In this document: positions 62,129 to 64,000 of the stretch, piece by piece
How the letters are laid out: the number at the start of each line of letters is the position of its first letter
Position numbering within the stretch: the stretch's first letter is position 1
From: Amoebophrya sp. A120
Taxonomy: Eukaryota > Protista > Dinoflagellata
DNA length: 64,000 nucleotides
Direction: 5' to 3'
NCBI GenBank assembly: GCA_905178155.1
Contig: CAJINV010000005.1
Location: 6,718,153-6,782,152 of the forward strand
Translations under genes and position numbers: made by a program
The notes under the pieces: model-generated
What the model was told of the DNA's origin: nothing
What the model saw: the letters and a program-made list of their open reading frames with translations, nothing else
The model's database searches: none

Positions 62129-64000
62129 ATGTACCACCGGGGCGGAGGCGGAGCCGGTGGACCCGGCGCAGCTACTTCCCCCGAGAATTACACTGGCGCT
62201 CTGCCCGACGGCAAATTTAACCTTCAAGCCGGGGGCTCGCACTCTAGTTCCTACGACCCCGATAAAAATTCGTCTCGACATAATTGCTCCCGGGCACCAG
62301 ATGTTGAACTCGGGTCCGGGCAGTACCGGGATCCCGAATCGGGGGATATTGTTTACTCGCAGTCGCCACTTTGGAAGGACAAAGAGAACCACCTGCAGAG
62401 CAGCACCAGCAGCTACTTCCAACTCAATTCCCGGACGGGAAGTCGGCAGCATTTGATCCTGCAGTTCCGGCAAACAACCGTGAAAGCGTTAGCAACTTTC
62501 CGTGCCTGCCCGGAACTGTTCTTAACCGTCTCGCTCTTCTGCATCAGTGCGACAATTTACATTTACGTCTATTGTCTCAGTAGTTCTTCTACTTCGAGCG
62601 GTTCTTCGTTGTTTTTCGCCGATGCAGATGATTATATGGGAATTGAAGCTGAATACGAAAGAACAAATAGAAGAATAACCGCCGGTGCTGCAGCTTCAAC
62701 ATCTGCACAAGAAATAAATCTCGAAGATGAACTGCCTACAAAGAGGACTTCCATGACGGCACTCCCAACCACAAACATCGACCCCGCGGAGGCGGGTATC
62801 ACACCTATGGACCCGAAGAAATTTTCAACTTTAAGTACGACGAGTTCCGCGACCCCGGTGGTTTTGCCGACGTCTAGGAAGGCACGGAAGGTGACGGATT
62901 CTTTTCTCTCGGAGAGCTCGAAAAAGAATCACGCGGAACGACTAGCGAAATTTGGCCAGTATGTGAAAAGAAAAAATGCTTCTTCAACAACATCTTCCAA
63001 AACAACCAAGGATACAACAAAAATCACACCACCACCGCAAGCTGCCGCACCCAGCACGAAAATAGATGGCAGAATACTGAACGAGGACAAGGTGAAGAGC
63101 GCCGAGCAGGTGATTTTGACGTTGCCGATGACTATTCAGGAAAAAACCGCGTTCGAACTAGCAATAGAAATTTCGGACTACATGCAAACCAATTTCGAGG
63201 ATGAGAATGAAGAGCCAAAACCTGCAGAAGAAGCGAAAGAAGCAGCAAAAACCGCAGATGACAAAGCAACTGCGGCTGCAACTGCATCATCCACAAAAGA
63301 GCAACCTGATGAAATCAAAAGTGGAAAGAAATCAGCTGCAGATCAAGTAGATTCTGCTAATACCGCAGGGTCCTCGTTCAGGATGTCGGCCATCCTCCCC
63401 CAGCAGCTATCGCAGATCATGATCAGCAAACTGAATATGGGTTCGACATCGGTAAACAACGGTCGGGATTTTGAGCAGGAGCTGGTGATATCGTTGTCGA
63501 AACAGCAAGTGGACCAGGATTTGGATGGGAGAATAGATCTGATCGAACTAATATCAAATACAAATTATGTCATCTGGGTCTGGAAGGATGCAATGTTTGT
63601 CATGCACATTTTGCATGACTCCTGATGTCTGTGATGCATGCCCTAGCATGACAGATTTTGTGAGGGCTTCTTGATGCCTATATCGCATGAGAAATGCCCT
63701 CTCGCCCTGGCAAAAACTGGACCTCTTTTGCTGTTCATGCAATTCAGATTTTCGTAGAATTCAGACGCAGCATCACAAGTTGCATCCTTCCAGACCCAGA
63801 CAGAGACATATTTGCAATGCATAGCTAACAGATCTTTTCAAAACCACCCACGTGCCGAAAGAGAAGAACAAGGACGGTTCCGAGCATTTCAACTACGACT
63901 GCGGAATGCTCGACATTTTTGACAAACTTTCTCGGGGCGAAAGTGGGGGGCTGATCGCAGCAGAGGTGGTGGACGGGGCGTATGAGATGCTGTATGGACT
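62129..64000 (+). CDS. Membrane-anchored EF-hand protein, paralog of 56470-61220; 3'-truncated by the window edge
   Basis: TM LFLTVSLFCISATIYIYVY; EF-hand DQDLDGRIDLIEL; CGMLDIFDKLSRGESGGLIAAEVVDGAYEMLYG matches CKLLEILDLLAAGKSGGLIAPEIVDQAYGILFG of the upstream gene. Confidence 0.8.
63552..63823. mobile_element. Introner family A
   Basis: Family-A TIRs; DR ACTAA/GCTAA; frame restored. Confidence 0.9.

Overview
Eukaryotic, gene-dense genomic DNA. Its style strongly resembles the parasitic dinoflagellate Amoebophrya (Syndiniales); this is inferred from intron architecture, not from a search. The dominant feature is about 55 short (149-331 bp) non-coding elements of at least 13 terminal-inverted-repeat (TIR) families. 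Nearly all start TAT and end ATA, are flanked by a 5-bp direct repeat (perfect in 34 cases), and carry many copies of the motif GCAT(G/C/T)ACA in both orientations. They sit inside + strand ORFs, mostly without usable GT-AG ends. Removing each element plus exactly 5 nt restored the reading frame in all ~45 cases I could check by hand, so they behave as non-canonical 'introner' introns. Reconstructed genes include a ~2570-aa Gln/Gly/Pro-rich protein (15 introners), an ankyrin-repeat protein, a GFSQG phospholipase/carboxylesterase, two tandem paralogous membrane-anchored EF-hand proteins, and several hypothetical proteins. An introner-free, GC-rich island (~11.1-22.0 kb) holds nested non-autonomous TIR elements built from arrays of short palindromic motifs. 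The most novel signal is that mismatches between the two direct-repeat copies are mostly synonymous in the host reading frame. No rRNA, tRNA, CRISPR array or recognisable transposase was seen.
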